From the NCBI GenBank assembly GCA_034780895.1, contig JAUZTB010000048.1:33071309-33135308 (forward strand): 64,000 bases of DNA, given 5' to 3'. Positions 1 through 13,912 of the stretch are shown one piece after another; within the stretch, counting starts at the first letter, position 1, and each line of letters begins with the position of its first letter. The notes beneath the pieces are model-generated. The model did no database searches. It was not told the DNA's origin and saw nothing but the letters and a program-made list of their open reading frames with translations. A program made the position numbers and the translations under genes. Origin of the DNA: Rhynchobatus australiae (Eukaryota).

Positions 1-530
1 GATGTCCAACTGCTGGCAGACAAACATTTGACCCACTAAAGTGGATTGCTCCCAGAGGTGCCCAGGTCAATTTCCTGATGGTCTCTAATCCACCAGTGAA
101 AGATCCCTGGCACAATCTAACAAGCTGAAACAACTTTTATAATCAAAGCATGCATAATAATGTGAATCAATGGGTTCATTTTCTCAATGCATAACTTTAG
201 CCTTGACAGACATTTGAGCAAGCCATGGTATTCTGCTTAATCTTGGAAGTGTGCAAGTTTATTGAAGTACAGTGCTGTTAAATTCAATCTCTGCCACTGG
301 ATGGCACTAGACTGAAACAAATTGAAATTGTTACAAGAAAATATGCATTTATTTTGAACCAGGATTGAGAAAGCTTTTCTAAAATACTTAAACTTAGTGT
401 AAAACAAAGGGTGACATCAAGAAAGGGGCAATTGAACAACTAGAAAGATAATCAAACAAATAAAAATCAAAAATAAATACATACAAGAAGGAAGTAATTA
501 GTGAACAAGAGTCCCTAAGTCTCAACATAC

Positions 531-623
531 CTTTTCTAATGTGCAGATGTCCATTGGATGAAAGATATATTCAGCATAATCAGGATGTTGTTCTAATGAA
601 ACTGGCTTCTGGAAGGGCTCAGT
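531..623 (-). CDS. ZMYND8: ZMYND8 coding exon 6 (bromodomain start): [31 protein letters not shown]
   Basis: 93 nt, acceptor ttttaacag and donor gtatgt, phase 0/0. Near-identical to human [31 protein letters not shown] as I recall it. Not in the ORF track. The gene continues beyond the window start. Confidence 0.96.
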
Positions 624-1776
624 CTGTTAAAAAGCAGCACAGTATTTTAAGAAGCTAAGAATAATTAGAAACAAAATAATTGTTTAGGAAAATACTTTAA
701 TAAAGCTTAGGTTTAGTTTCCTTTCTGAAGAAAGAATTTGAAAAAGGAATATAGCTGCTGCATAATTAGAGCAAATGATTTGTCATGAAATGGCAAATCT
801 TGCTAATGATATTTTGCACAGCCTGCTACACAACAAATGCAATTTTGCCCATATAGTTTTGGAGGTGGTAAAAAGTGCTAACGTATGTATGGATCAGAAT
901 AATGATAATTTTTTTCCATAACCTTAATTAAACATATAAAGGTAGGACGATGGAAATAATACTAATATACTAATGCTCAATGCAATGAAGCAAGGTTTAT
1001 ATATAGTTTCATATTCTCCAACTACGCAGAATGGATGTCAGCAAACAATGTGGTAACACCCACTCGGAGCTGTAATATTGCAGAGAATTTCCACTGGATA
1101 ATTCCTTAAGAGGTCATCTGAAATAGAAACTAAGAGGCCCACTCTGTTGCTTGCAGGGGTATTTAAATGAAAAGACATAAGTGAAAGAGGAAACTTATCC
1201 AGATGTCATTGAATTCCGAAAACAGCATTCCTTATAACTTTCAACTGCAGTTTATGTTTACAAGGAGTGGCTATGTGGCAGCAATCTCAAAAAGGGAGTA
1301 ACTTCCATGGCTACTGGTAGCTGAATGTTCAACAATTAAACAAGCCATCAAGAGGCATATAGAAGTGGTAGATTCTTCTAGTTACTGTTGTTCCAGACAG
1401 GCATGTTAGTATAAAATCAAGTGCTTCATGTTTTTGAGTGATTGGTAACTGACTTTGCTCTTTGCCAAAGGAATGTTGAAAAATTGTGATCATGTAATTT
1501 CTTAAATTAATATTTCTGAAACTATGAAATTTAAAAGATTCACATTCAGCACTATATTTGATTCTTTACAGTTTATTCTTATTTTTAACTATAAATATCA
1601 TTCCATACTAATTAGTCGGGTGCATTATTTCACTTTTTCCACACATTTAGACGCTCCCTCCCTGTGGAATGGAGTGTTACCTCACTGCCACTCGAGATCC
1701 TAAACTGATAAGCTGAGCTAACATCAGGAACACGTCCGCCTCTAGAAGTCACGGAAGGTACAACAGAGTTATTTCA

Positions 1777-1938
<162 letters not shown>

Positions 1939-2166
1939 TTATTAAAAAATACACAAATCTGCTTATGTTGTATGGGTTGGGAACCACCTCAGCACAATAG
2001 AGATATGACATGCCATTGAGTGCAGCCTTCGAGGGAATNNNNNNNNNNTGCACCATTAATCTTCATTCAGACATCCTTCTTACTCATGAAATGTACAACA
2101 GTCTGAATGACAAGGATACCAAATGAGTCCAAAGGCATCAGGTTTAACACCAAGTTACTGCATTAA

Positions 2167-2321
2167 CCCTTTGAAAGACAGTGAATTATTTATCTGCCAG
2201 CTTCTAAAGCTGCTGATTGTAAAAGTACTACAGTTGAATTAACAGAACTATAAAACCTGGAACTTAGGAAAAGAAAATCATTAAGTTATTTGATTAAAAA
2301 TCTACTTCATTGCTCAAAGGG
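2167..2321. mobile_element. piggyBac-like MITE relic (155 bp)
   Basis: TTAA(2163-2166)-CCCTTTGA ... TCAAAGGG-TTAA(2322-2325). TTAA target duplication with CCC/GGG termini. The TIR match is only 8 bp. Confidence 0.5.
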
Positions 2322-2575
2322 TTAATGATACAATAAAGAAGTATTCCATCAAGCTCACAGAAAGCTAATCATATTCTTAGCAACTCAGTCAGTTCCCTGT
2401 ATCCATACCAGTTTGTGTTATTGATGAACCTTATCCTAGCAATTGTGGCTACATGCATCTTTTACCCAAATTTATCACATATAATCAAAATAAAATCCCA
2501 CTTTCTTAATTAAAGAATGAATTTGTACAAATTCATACCCATTTCCCTCATCATAGCTTTAACTATCTTTTATCA

Positions 2576-2830
<255 letters not shown>

Positions 2831-5800
2831 TCAAAATGGGATGATCAGCAATTGTTAGGGTGCAAAAAAAATACCAGTTCTGTTAGGCTTCTCATCCCAA
2901 GCACCAGATGGTTAGGAATGCAATAGGAACAACTGTCCAATGAACAAGATTCAGAAGATGACAAATTAGTGACAAGCTTGTTTTTTTTAAATATATAAGC
3001 AAGTCTCATCAAATTCAGGTAACAGTACTCTTTACTTCCAAGACATGCATTTAATCTTTTTATTACATTTGTCTTGCAAGGCAAAAGAATACAAAATAGA
3101 TAAAAGTAATAAAGGTTACTGATATCTGTACTTTTTTTTAGACAGAAGGCGGGGGAGAAAGCACAGAAAGCAATGCTCAAATTGGGTTTGAGTTTAATAT
3201 TCAGCAAAAAAATTGCCAAAAAATTAAATATTGTATTGAGAAATTATAGCAGAAACCCTTCCATCTGAATAAGCAATTCGATACCTAACATGTACCGGTA
3301 TTCTAATTACAACAGGATTAATATAGCTCACAAATACTGCATTTAATAATACTGAATACATACAAAACAACTAAATTAACTGAAAAATACTGTACATGTA
3401 TTAACAGTGTATACCAAAATATATGGTCTGTGCAACATTATTTAAGCTCCTCTCATTCAGAGTGATGAAAGCCACCAATTTAGTGTTCTGGTGTTTTCCC
3501 AAGAAAATTGTTGGCTTTCAACACATGGTTATACTTTCCCCTTCAACTACTGGTCATCTGGAGGTGGACCATTACTACACAAGCAAGGATCATTAACTCC
3601 ATTCAATTTAGGATTATTATTTCTCAATTTAACAGTACCACTAAGCCATTGATCATACACCAAAAAAATCTGACACCTCAATGGAGTTTTGAAAATTTTT
3701 GCTCAAAACAAGGTAGATTAAACAGAAACCAGCTCTACATGAAAAAAATGTTTCAAACTTGCAATTGGCTTCTGTCTGTCCTACAAAATTTCATACCCTA
3801 CTCTGATTTCATCACCCTCCCTGACCACTCAAAGCGAATCACAATCTGTCATTGTATTTGTCCTCGAGCTGAGCCTTCACCTCATGTTTTTCATCACCAA
3901 GACTGCTAGTTCTGCAATAATGCCCATCTTTATCTCTGTCACCACCCACCTACTGCTGTAACCCATGACAATGGTTTTGTTATCCTCATTCTCACAGGTC
4001 TAATGCTAACTTCACCCATCNNNNNNNNNNNNNNNNNNNNNNNNNNNNNNNNNNNNNNNNNNNNNNNNNNNNNNNNNNNNNNNNNNNNNNNNNNNNNNNN
4101 NNNNNNNNNNNNNNNNNNNNACAATGGTTTTGTTATCCTCATTCTAACAGGTCTAATGCTAACTTCACCCATCGCCCATCTTCTGTGAACTTGAGATTAT
4201 CAAAAATTCTGTTGCTGGCATATGAATTCATACCAAATCCCCTTCTCCCATCATCCATGTTGGCAAATCCTTCAGTAGCCTTACCACTCCGAATCTCTCT
4301 ACCTAACAATAAATTAGAGCTGCTGCATACCCAGTTCTCTTTAACATCCGTGATTCCCCATGCCCTACTATTAATGACTGTGACTAGAGCTATTTCAGGA
4401 TTACTCTCTGGAATTTCATCACAGACCTTTCTTCCCCTCCTCCCAGTTTCCAAATAGTCCCTCACACCTGCCCCTTTGCCAAAGTTAATGGGCATCTGTC
4501 TTTTAACTGGGTGGATGTCAAGTTTTGTATAATATGGCTTTCTGAATAAGCTTTGAAATGTATTAATAGGGTAAATACTACAGATGAATTCAACATTAAA
4601 ACCTCCAATGTGATCCAAGGCCATCATAAACCAAGATATTTTGAAGTTGTCCATTTTTCATTGATTCAGCTACAAATTAGTTAATTGGAAGAGAAATTCC
4701 ATTTCTGCAAACAGATAGTCTTTGAGATTCTGTCCAACACTACATCCCTCCTTCAACATTCAATGATGTTACTGCAATTTGGTTGAGACTTTTCCCACAG
4801 CTAGCAGAGGTGCATCAGGCACCTTCTGATAATATGGTTGCAGTTATGGTGTTCTAGTCATAACAGAATGACAGGAAACATTCTGACTTGGCAAAAACTA
4901 TTACGGCATCAAGTTTTGATAATTATTGAGAAGTCAAAGGTGTGGGTTCAATGCAATGCAAAGACCTTGGACAACAGCTTATTGCTGTATTCCTGACCTA
5001 ACTTGACAATTTAGGATGGAAACACAGATTGAAGTACAGTAGAATATTTAAGTATTTTTATTGGTAAAATTTTCGCAAATTAAGAGCATGCTCCACCAGA
5101 ACTCATGATTTTGAGTTCATTGAGTTTTGCTCCCATTGTACACTTACATTCCTCAAGTTATATTTATGTCTCAAACATCCCCCCGCAGGTGGAATCACAG
5201 TTGAAACACAATTAGTCCCCCTAAATCCACAACCCAAAATTGAAAATATGGACTATTCTTAAAATTAAAAATAAAATCTGAGGTTTACTGTACTCAGCTG
5301 GTGTTCTAATGTCCTCAAAGACAACATCCATGGTATAAATCCAAAATCAAATAATTTTAAAAAATCACTGAAGTATGAAGAATATTGGGTACACAAAAGA
5401 ACTATTCAAAAACCCATCCATGGATGGAAAAAAGGTAATTTTTTTGAATGATTTCAGTTTATTTAAAAGGTCTGATTTCCCAAGTGATGTTGTTGTAATA
5501 CTAACTGGCTATTTCCTGCATTAAAATGACCAAATTGGAAAACCTAGGATTAATGGTCTTTGTAAAAGTAGGAGAAAGTTGAATGCAAGCAAGATAAATG
5601 AATATTTATATAAAAAACTGTGTACACCTCTGGCAACATGTTTGAACAAACCAGATATCAGGCAAAATATATTAAAGTATTTGCTGCATAACCACTCCTT
5701 AAGTAATTGGAAGATTGGCAAAGTGACTTTATTTCTGTGGTGCTCAGAATTGGCCAGCTTGCACTTGCAATTTATTATTTAGGAACAGCCTTCCCCAACA

Positions 5801-8299
5801 ATCAAAGCAGTATATGAAAATTCACAAGCTAATACTGAAATCCACACCATACTGAAACCACCATTAGGATGTGAAATCACATGTAGAGTTAGTACCTGAG
5901 GTTGTCTGCTGGGGTTTTCTGCATTTATGTGACAGATACTTTCTATTCAGTTGGATGCAAATGTCATTTCTAAAGATCTCTTGTTATCATGTTAAGACAC
6001 CAAGTATACATCTGTTAGTTTCCCTCTACCACTGCCCTCACTTTTTTTAAATGGACGTCAGAGCTTTAGAATGGTTTATTACACAACACTGGTGACCTGC
6101 CAGAGTTTTAGATCAAATTAAAATGAGTTTTAAATCACACCTTAAATGAAAAATCAGTCTGAGTTTCTGGTTCATGTGAAAGGAGCATTTTCATACATCT
6201 ATGCTTGATTAATGAAGTCAGCCTTTCAAATTTGCTTGAAAATCATTGTTCAGACTATAAAAGTGCTGGAATTGCAAATTTACGATCATAAGCAAATCTG
6301 CATGGACAAATGACAGTTCATAATGCAAATGCAAGCTATAATACAACACAATGTTTTTCAGCCACATTTCTCATATGAAGTGTGTAAATGCAAATGACAG
6401 ATGAGAAGTGGAACTACTACAGTTCATGAGTCATCTTTCCAACACATCTGTAAAGAGTGGAAATGATTTTGACACCTGGTTGCAAAATTATAGTTCATTC
6501 TATTTACTGCAAGGCGTAACCTTTGATATTTAAAAAATGATTACCCATGATTGGTGTGTAAATACAATGACAAAAATAAAGGGAAGGCACAAAGGCAATG
6601 TGAAGAGACAAATACACTGAGTGAGGGTGAAATTTAAGAAGACTGTAAAACTAATACAGATGTGACAGAAATAAATATCAGACTCGTGCATATACTAGAG
6701 GCTTCAAGTACTAGCATCCTATTGGACTGACTGTTTAAAAATAAACTTACAGTTTACAATTAATCACAGATTAGCAGTGACTGGTGAAGTCATTTAAAAG
6801 AGATGAATAAAAAGGTGATTTGTTTTGGAATTGTTTTAACAATGAATACATGTGAATAAAGTCATAGAACCATTCAGGGTTCCAAAGGGAAGCTGTCCTT
6901 TTTAATAACAGCACGGTGCAAGTTTTGTGCTGAAAACTTTTACAGTTCCAAATTCACATTGCCAGCCACTGCAAAGACTTTGTAAATAAAATCCAGGTGT
7001 CTCATTTTCAATGATCCAAGTATTTTCAAAATAGTGCTACTCCTGGAGGAAGGCATTAGGAAGCTGGCAGCATCGGAGTGGATCATTGAAGCGGCTTAAG
7101 TCAACACAGCCAACGATGTTCTTGGACTTTAGTTCTATAAGCTATAGTTACATCATCCCATGATGAATCAGATCCCTATCACTTTTGTAAAGGAACATAA
7201 AGCATGCATCTCAGTATTCAGTTCCAATTCCATTACCCATTGGGGAAGAGCCCAAAGGAAAGACTAGTCATGTCACCTTTTGTCAAGTAAGTACTGTCTC
7301 TGGATTTCTTTCTTATATGATGTAACCAGTATCAGCAACTTGTCCTCCCACCTCTACTCACCTTAAGAGGCATATAGTTTCCATCCTTGACATCTTCCTC
7401 TTTCTTGGCAATATAGTCACCGTATACATGTGTAATGATAAGACCTCCAACACATTTCCTGTCTCATCCTGAGGCTCCATGCTATCTGAATAGTATCCAA
7501 CATCTCTCTTCAACCTACCATGTCAACAAACTTAATGCACTTGCCATTACCTCACAGCTTCCTTCCTTGTTGTCCTCCTTGATCCAAAATGGAACTTTCA
7601 ATACCATTACAAAACCTACTTTCAGTAAAGTGATGGAAGAGATTACTGGAAGGCCAGGAAATAATACTAGCCAAACTCACTTCGGGTTCCATCATGACCA
7701 TTCAGCCCCAGCCTTGCTCCAAATATGGAGAATTACAGAAATGATCTGACAGTAGCTGCCTTGCCATAAAGACAACATTTAGCCAAACACGACATCAAAA
7801 GAGCACTAGTAAAACCAAAGTTAAGAAGAATCAAGGGAAGTACTCCCCACTGGCTAGACTCCTGCCAAGTATGAAGGAAAATGTCGGTGGCTATCAGAGG
7901 CACTGCAACACTAGGATATTGCTATAATTGGTCCTCAGGACAGCGACTCATCAATAATCAATGATTCCATTAATAATCTTCCCTGCATCGAAAGATTCGA
8001 GGCAAAGGTAGTTGCTAATGGATCAGAAGGAGTGCATTCTACAACATTAATGCGCGACTGAAGTCATGTTGAAGAAGGGAGCACTTCAAATTTTTGCAGC
8101 AATGGAGTCAGTCTTGAGACAAGAGAGACCTGTACAAAATGGATGTCATAGCTGGCAAATTCACACCAAGCTGTCAGGGTTGGGCACCTGCATGCAACTG
8201 TAATAAGATGCACAAAAGAGTTGGAATGGTAGATGGCACCAGAGCAGAAAATGGTGCCGTCTTAAATGGGAGCCGACTAAGTGAGAGTATGAGAAGGAA

Positions 8300-9200
8300 A
8301 AAGAAATGGACCTAGAACATGTGTAATCCACAGATCATCATGAATAAGTTTAGTGAGCTGCAGAAATAGCTGTATGAGAATGTGATAAATAAAACATGAC
8401 CAACTAAAAATAGTCAGAATTAGGCAATTAACTCTGATGGTTACAAGATGTTTAGAAAAGATGAGGGAGGAGAAAAAAGGAAGTGAGGTGGCAGTATCGA
8501 TTAAAGGAGATATGATAGTGCTGGAGGGAGAGTGCACCCTTGAGAAGCCAACTACAGAATCTATTTAGTTAAGGGTTAGGGAATGAAAATGGAGCCATCA
8601 CACTACAGGAGTATTCTATAGGTTTCCCCAAGAACAAGTGGCAGCAAGAGGAGCAAGTTTGCAGGGAAATTACAGAAATGTGCAAGAACAATAGTTGTGA
8701 GATTCCAGTATTTCAATGAACACTTTCATTGATTGGAATGACGTCGAAGGACAAACAAAGAGAGTCGTTCCCAAAATGAGCTCAACAGTATTTCCTTGAT
8801 GAGGACCTATCTGGCCAACAAGGCACAAGACATTGTTGTATTTAATTCTGGGAAATGAGGTGAGCCAAGTGTATCAAGGATCAGGGAAAGGATACTTGGG
8901 AAGCAGTGATCATTAAATTATATAAAGTTTAGATTAACAATAAAATAAAGGGCATGGAACAATCTAAACAAAGTTTCTCAACTGGAGGAGGGCTTACTCC
9001 ATTGGGATGAGAAGGACCAAGGTAACAGAGAATCAAATACCAAGTGACCCTTTAAAGGGGAGATGTGAAAATGTCACCTAGCTTGTACTTGAAGCAAGCT
9101 AGAAAGTTAAGAGAACAATAACCAGTGCTCCCTAGATGACAAAGGATATACAGAAGCATACACAAGAAGAGGTTGTATGATACACATCAGCGGAATAACT
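8300..9200 (+). mobile_element. Degenerate CR1 LINE endonuclease region
   Basis: Broken motifs resembling GGGVAL.IK (~8480), GVFYRPP (~8610), LDLILGNE (~8835) and LGxSDH (~8896). Many stops and frameshifts. Confidence 0.6.
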
Positions 9201-9454
9201 CAAGTGAATCAGACTTGGTGCCATTTAATATAGGAAACACAGGAACCTTCTGCATCCATGGGTGGGGCCAATTAGGAATAAGTAATGTGAAATAAACACA
9301 GTGGACGATGAGCTATAAAATCAGAGATGTTTACTGGTCAAAGGAAGCCTTTCAAGCTGTGCATGCTGATCAAAGATGGATTTTAGGTTAATCCAATTTT
9401 TAGGTCAGTCTCTACCAATGACTATGTAGATATGACAGACTAGTACAATGGCAG

Positions 9455-9795
9455 GTAGTCAGAGTATTTTTCCCCAGGGTGAAAATGTCAAATACTAAAG
9501 CGCATAGCTTTAAGGGGAGGAGGAGGAGGAGGAAAGTTTAAAAGGAGATTTAGGAGGCAAGTTTTTTATTAAAACTACAGAGAGTGGTAGTTGTCTGGAA
9601 CATGCTGCCAGGGAGGTGGTGGAAGCAGATATGATAGCAACGTTTAAGAGGCATTTCGACAGGCGCATAACCAGGCAGGGAATGGAGGGATATAGACCTT
9701 GTGGGATTAGTTTAAATCAGCATCATGGGCATAGACATTGTGGACTGAAGGGCCTGTTCCTGTGCTCTACTGTTCAACATTAGATGTTCTATGAT
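9455..9795 (+). mobile_element. CR1 LINE 3' end fragment
   Basis: Encodes QRVVxxWNxLPxEVVEA..FKRH-like sequence, followed by the ggactgaagggcctgttcctgtgct...ttctatg tail seen in other CR1 copies here. Confidence 0.8.
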
Positions 9796-10284
9796 GAGTA
9801 TGCTGTCAAAATCCAAGTAGAAGATAAAAGAAATAATAATAGGGTGAACTTTGATTAGGGAAAGATTCTGAAAAGGCTGGCTATGCTTAAAGTAAACAAG
9901 TTCCCTTGTCCACATAGAATGCATCGTTGATTGTTGGGGAAGGTGTGGTTGGATGCTGTAGAAGGGCTTGCCATAACCTATCAATAACTTCTAAGATGAA
10001 GAGGATGTGCCATGTTTAAAAGCGGTGCAAGGAAATTACAGTTTAACCTTATGTTGTGGAGAATTGCCTAGAAAAAATAATTTGGGGAGAACATTCAACC
10101 CATAACTGATTTGTTTAAGGTAAATCATGCTTGACTAATTTGAGTGAATTTTTCCAATGTGATAAGAAATTGAAATGTTGACGAAAGGAATGCAGTAGAA
10201 GTAGTTGCTGTGGATGTTCTGAAAGTAATATATCCACATAAAAGACTGGCTAGCAAAACTGAAGACTGCAGAATTAATATGAAA

Positions 10285-11314
10285 GTCATTGTGAGAGTGA
10301 AAAGGCAATTCCATGTTAAGTTAGAGACACAATCGGATGCACAACAGCTATGGCAGGGTTTGCATGCCATTACTTCCTATAAGGCAAAACCTGACAGCAT
10401 AAATGGCAGTGACGCTTCACTCCATGATGAGCTCAATGCTTTTTATGCATGCTTTGAAAGGGAGAATAACACACCTGTGCAAATCCCCACAGCATCCGGT
10501 GACCACGTGATCTCCATCTTGGAGGCTGACGTCAGAACATCCTTCAAGAAGGTGAACCCTCGCAAGGCATCAGGCCCCGATGGTGTACCTGGCAGGGTAC
10601 TGAAAATCTGTGCCGATAAACTAGCTGGAGTGTTCAAGGACATCTTCAACCTCTCACTGCTGCGGTTGGAGCTTCCCACCTGCTTCAAAAGGGCATCAAT
10701 CAACCTACTCAACATCCCTCCATAACTCTGTCCCTCAAGTATCTACTGTGATGAAGTGCTTTATTATGATTAAGTGTTTTGCAAAGTTGGTTATGGCTAG
10801 AATTAACTTCTGCCTGAGCAAGGACCCGGACCTGCTGCAATTTGCCTACTGCCACAACAGGTCGGCAGCGGATGCAATCCCACTGGCTCTCCACTCAGCT
10901 TTGGAGCACCGAGACAACAGCAAAACATATGTCAGGCTGCTGTTTATTGATTAAAGCTCGGCATTTAACATCCTCATCCCTTCAGTATTAATCAACAAGC
11001 TTCAAAACCTGGGCCTCTGTACCTCCCTCTGCATCTGAATCCTGGACTTCCTTATCAGGAGACCACAGTCAGTGCAGATCATCTAACTCCTTGCTGACAA
11101 TCAACACAGGTGCACCTCAAGGACATGTGCTTAGCCCACAGCTGTACTCTCTCTACACTCATGTCTGTGTGGCTAAGCAAAACTCAATTACCGATGATGC
11201 TACTGTTGTCGGTAGAATCTCAGATGGCAACGAGGAGGCATGCAGGAGTGAGATAGATCAGCTGGTTGAGCGGCGTCGCAACAACAACCTCGCATTCAAT
11301 GTCAGCAAGACCAA
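10285..11314 (+). mobile_element. Rex1/Babar LINE RT fragment, frameshifted, flanked by older CR1 RT relics
   Basis: ORFs 10210-10725, 10748-10954 and 11091-11387 give [54 protein letters not shown] and NTGAPQG.VLSP, typical of Rex1. CR1-like KSCLTNL at ~10125 and YLDFQxAF at ~11340. Confidence 0.9.
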
Positions 11315-11418
11315 TTTACAAATCCAGATATGGATATCATATCTCGATTTTCAAATGGCATTTCATAGCTACCACAGAAAAGTTTAAAAGAGGTTAGGGT
11401 CTACATATTCACAGTGCC

Positions 11419-11459
11419 CATGCATGCGCGCATGCGCACACACACACACACACACACAG
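11419..11459. repeat. (CA)n microsatellite with an alternating purine-pyrimidine head
   Basis: catgcatgcgcgcatgcgcacacacacacacacacacacag read directly. Confidence 0.9.
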
Positions 11460-12583
11460 AGAAAAAAGCTTGTGTTCATTTACAAGAGCCTTTGAAAATG
11501 CTAACGCACAATGAAACGATAATCAGAAACCCACAAGGGGTCTTGAGATTCATAAATAGAGATATGAAGTTTACTGGTTAAATCACAAATGTTACATTGC
11601 ATTCAATTCTGGTCACCTCATTTTAAGGAGTATTTCATTCACCACAAAGGTGGAGATGACTGGTAACCAAGCAAATAATTAGGTAAGTTTTCAAAGATAA
11701 TTTTGGAAAAATCTCAAGTCTGCATCGCAAATCATTAAAACAAATGCAGAACAGACATAGAGACGAGTACAGACCCAAATGTTATTTTCAGAAATAAATT
11801 CCAGGAATGTTTTTCTGTATTTCTGGGACTTCATATTTTTATCATATAGATCTTCAAAACATCTTAGCTAACTGAGCAGGATACATAAAAACAGTGTAGT
11901 ACTTCGCAAAGTCTTTCCAAGATCCATAAAAGCTCAAGTTTGGAATGCGCGGAAATATTCTTCACTTGCCTAGATAAAAATTAGTTCTAACTCAAGAAGT
12001 TTAGGTAGCTCAAGATCATACAGCCTGGTTACTTGTCACCCTATCCATCACCTTATAAACACCTATTACCACTGATGTAGAATTTACCATGTACAGGATA
12101 CATAACGTACTGCAACAGCACACCTTGATTTCTCCAAAATTGACCTCTCAAAGGACAAGAGTAGGAGAAGATATCGTTATTAGTCACATATACATCGAAG
12201 CACACAGTGAAATGTAGCTTTGCATAGAGCACACAAGATCATCACTGCTTGAATGTTTTCCTCCAAAATCACATGCCACTCTGACTTGGAAATATATTGA
12301 AATCCCTCCACAAAATTCTGGAACTTCCTCCCTGTCGGCACTGCTGCTGTCTAAGATGTCAGTACATTAAAACCTGCTCAAAGGCCAATCAGGATGTGCA
12401 AAAAAATGGCAGCCTCGTCAGCACTGCTCATATCCCATTAATGAATATAAAGAAAATATTGTCAGTGTCATCTCTTATTCCTGTCCACATGCTGCTCAAA
12501 TCCTCATCTGTGCCTTTGTCAATTCCCACATCAATTGTTCAAATGCCTTGCAACCAACATTCTTACCTTCCAACTATAAACTT

Positions 12584-13912
12584 CAGCAAACAATAATGTG
12601 CTGGAGGAACTCAGCAGCATGTGTGGTGGGAAAGGAATTGTTGGTATTTCAAGTCAAGATCCTTCATCAGGACAGAGTGCAAAGGGAAGGTAGCTGGTAT
12701 AAAGAGGAGAGGGTAGGGTTGAGACAGGGGCTCGTAGATGATAGGCAGACCGAGGAGAGGCGAGGGATGATAGGCATATAGAGCCAGGTGGGGGAGGGGA
12801 GACTGAAGGTGGAGATAGAGTGGGGACACAAAGGCTACAGTGCTGGGATCTGATAATGGAAACCATTCAAATGGAAATGGGCAGATCAAACCTGATGAAA
12901 TGAGTGGGTGGTAGGCGAATGGAATCAGGATGGGGCAGGGGGGGGGCAAAAGAGGTACTAGGGACTGGAGAGGGGAATGGGTACAGAAAAGAGAACAAAA
13001 ATGGGAGGACCAGGACTGGATCAGAAGGAGAGAGGGAGATAGGGAAAAACCACAGGGGATAGGGTTACCTGAAAGTGGAAAATTCCAGTTTATATCATTG
13101 GGTTGTAGATGACTCAGGCGAAACAGGAGGTGTTTTTCTTCCAGTTTGCACTTACCTCATCCTGGCAGGAGAGCAGGCAGAGGAGTAAGAGATCAGTGTG
13201 GGAATGGGTAGGGGAGCTGAAATAGCATGCAACTGGGAGATTGGAATGGCACTGTGGTCAGAGCACAGGTGTTCTTCAAAATGGGCTACCTAGAGTGCAC
13301 TTGGTCTCAACAATGTAAAGGGGGCCACATCAGGAGCACTGAATGCTGTAGGCCAGGTTGGAGGAGGTGCATGTGAATCTTTGCCTCACCTGGAAGGGCT
13401 GTTTAGATCCCTGGATAGTGGTGAGGGAGGAGGTGTAGGAACAAGTCCCGCACCTCATACATTTGCAGGGGAAAGTGCCAGGACTCAGGAAGGGGCGGAA
13501 GAGGAAGGATGAGTGGACAAGGGAGTAACTGAGAGAGTGGTATCTGCAAAAGGCGAAAAAAAGAGTGGGGAGGGGAGGGGAATACATGACAGGTGGTGGA
13601 ATCCAGTTGCACTGGCTGGAATGACGAATGACGATGTGCTGCATGCAGAGGCTAGTAGGGTGAAAGGTGAGGACAAAAGGAACTCTGTTTTGTTTGGAAC
13701 GTGGGGACGGGAGTGAGAGCAGAAGTTGAGGAAATGCAGTAGGGGCTCCATCAACCACAGCAGAAGGGAAGCCATGTTTCCTGAAAAAGGAGAACATTTC
13801 AAATTCCTGGAATGGAAGGTCTCATCTTGAGAGTATATATGGCAAAGAAGGAGAAACTGGGAGAAAGGGATGGCATCCTTCCGAGATTCAGGGTGGGAAG
13901 AATGTAGTAAAC
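12584..13912 (-). mobile_element. Penelope-like retroelement 3' part (RT thumb, GIY-YIG endonuclease, terminal repeat)
   Basis: ORF 13330-13797: F..HGFP, RVPFVLTFHP, GTFPC..RC.TC, FTCTSSNLAYSIQCS, continuing out of frame into CG.LYIxET...EEHL (GIY-YIG). Ends in the tgctggaggaactcagc repeat. Confidence 0.88.

Noticed and set aside
4139-4654. 171-aa minus-strand ORF
   Set aside because: No recognisable domain or exon context. It is intronic and probably overlaps decayed repeat sequence.
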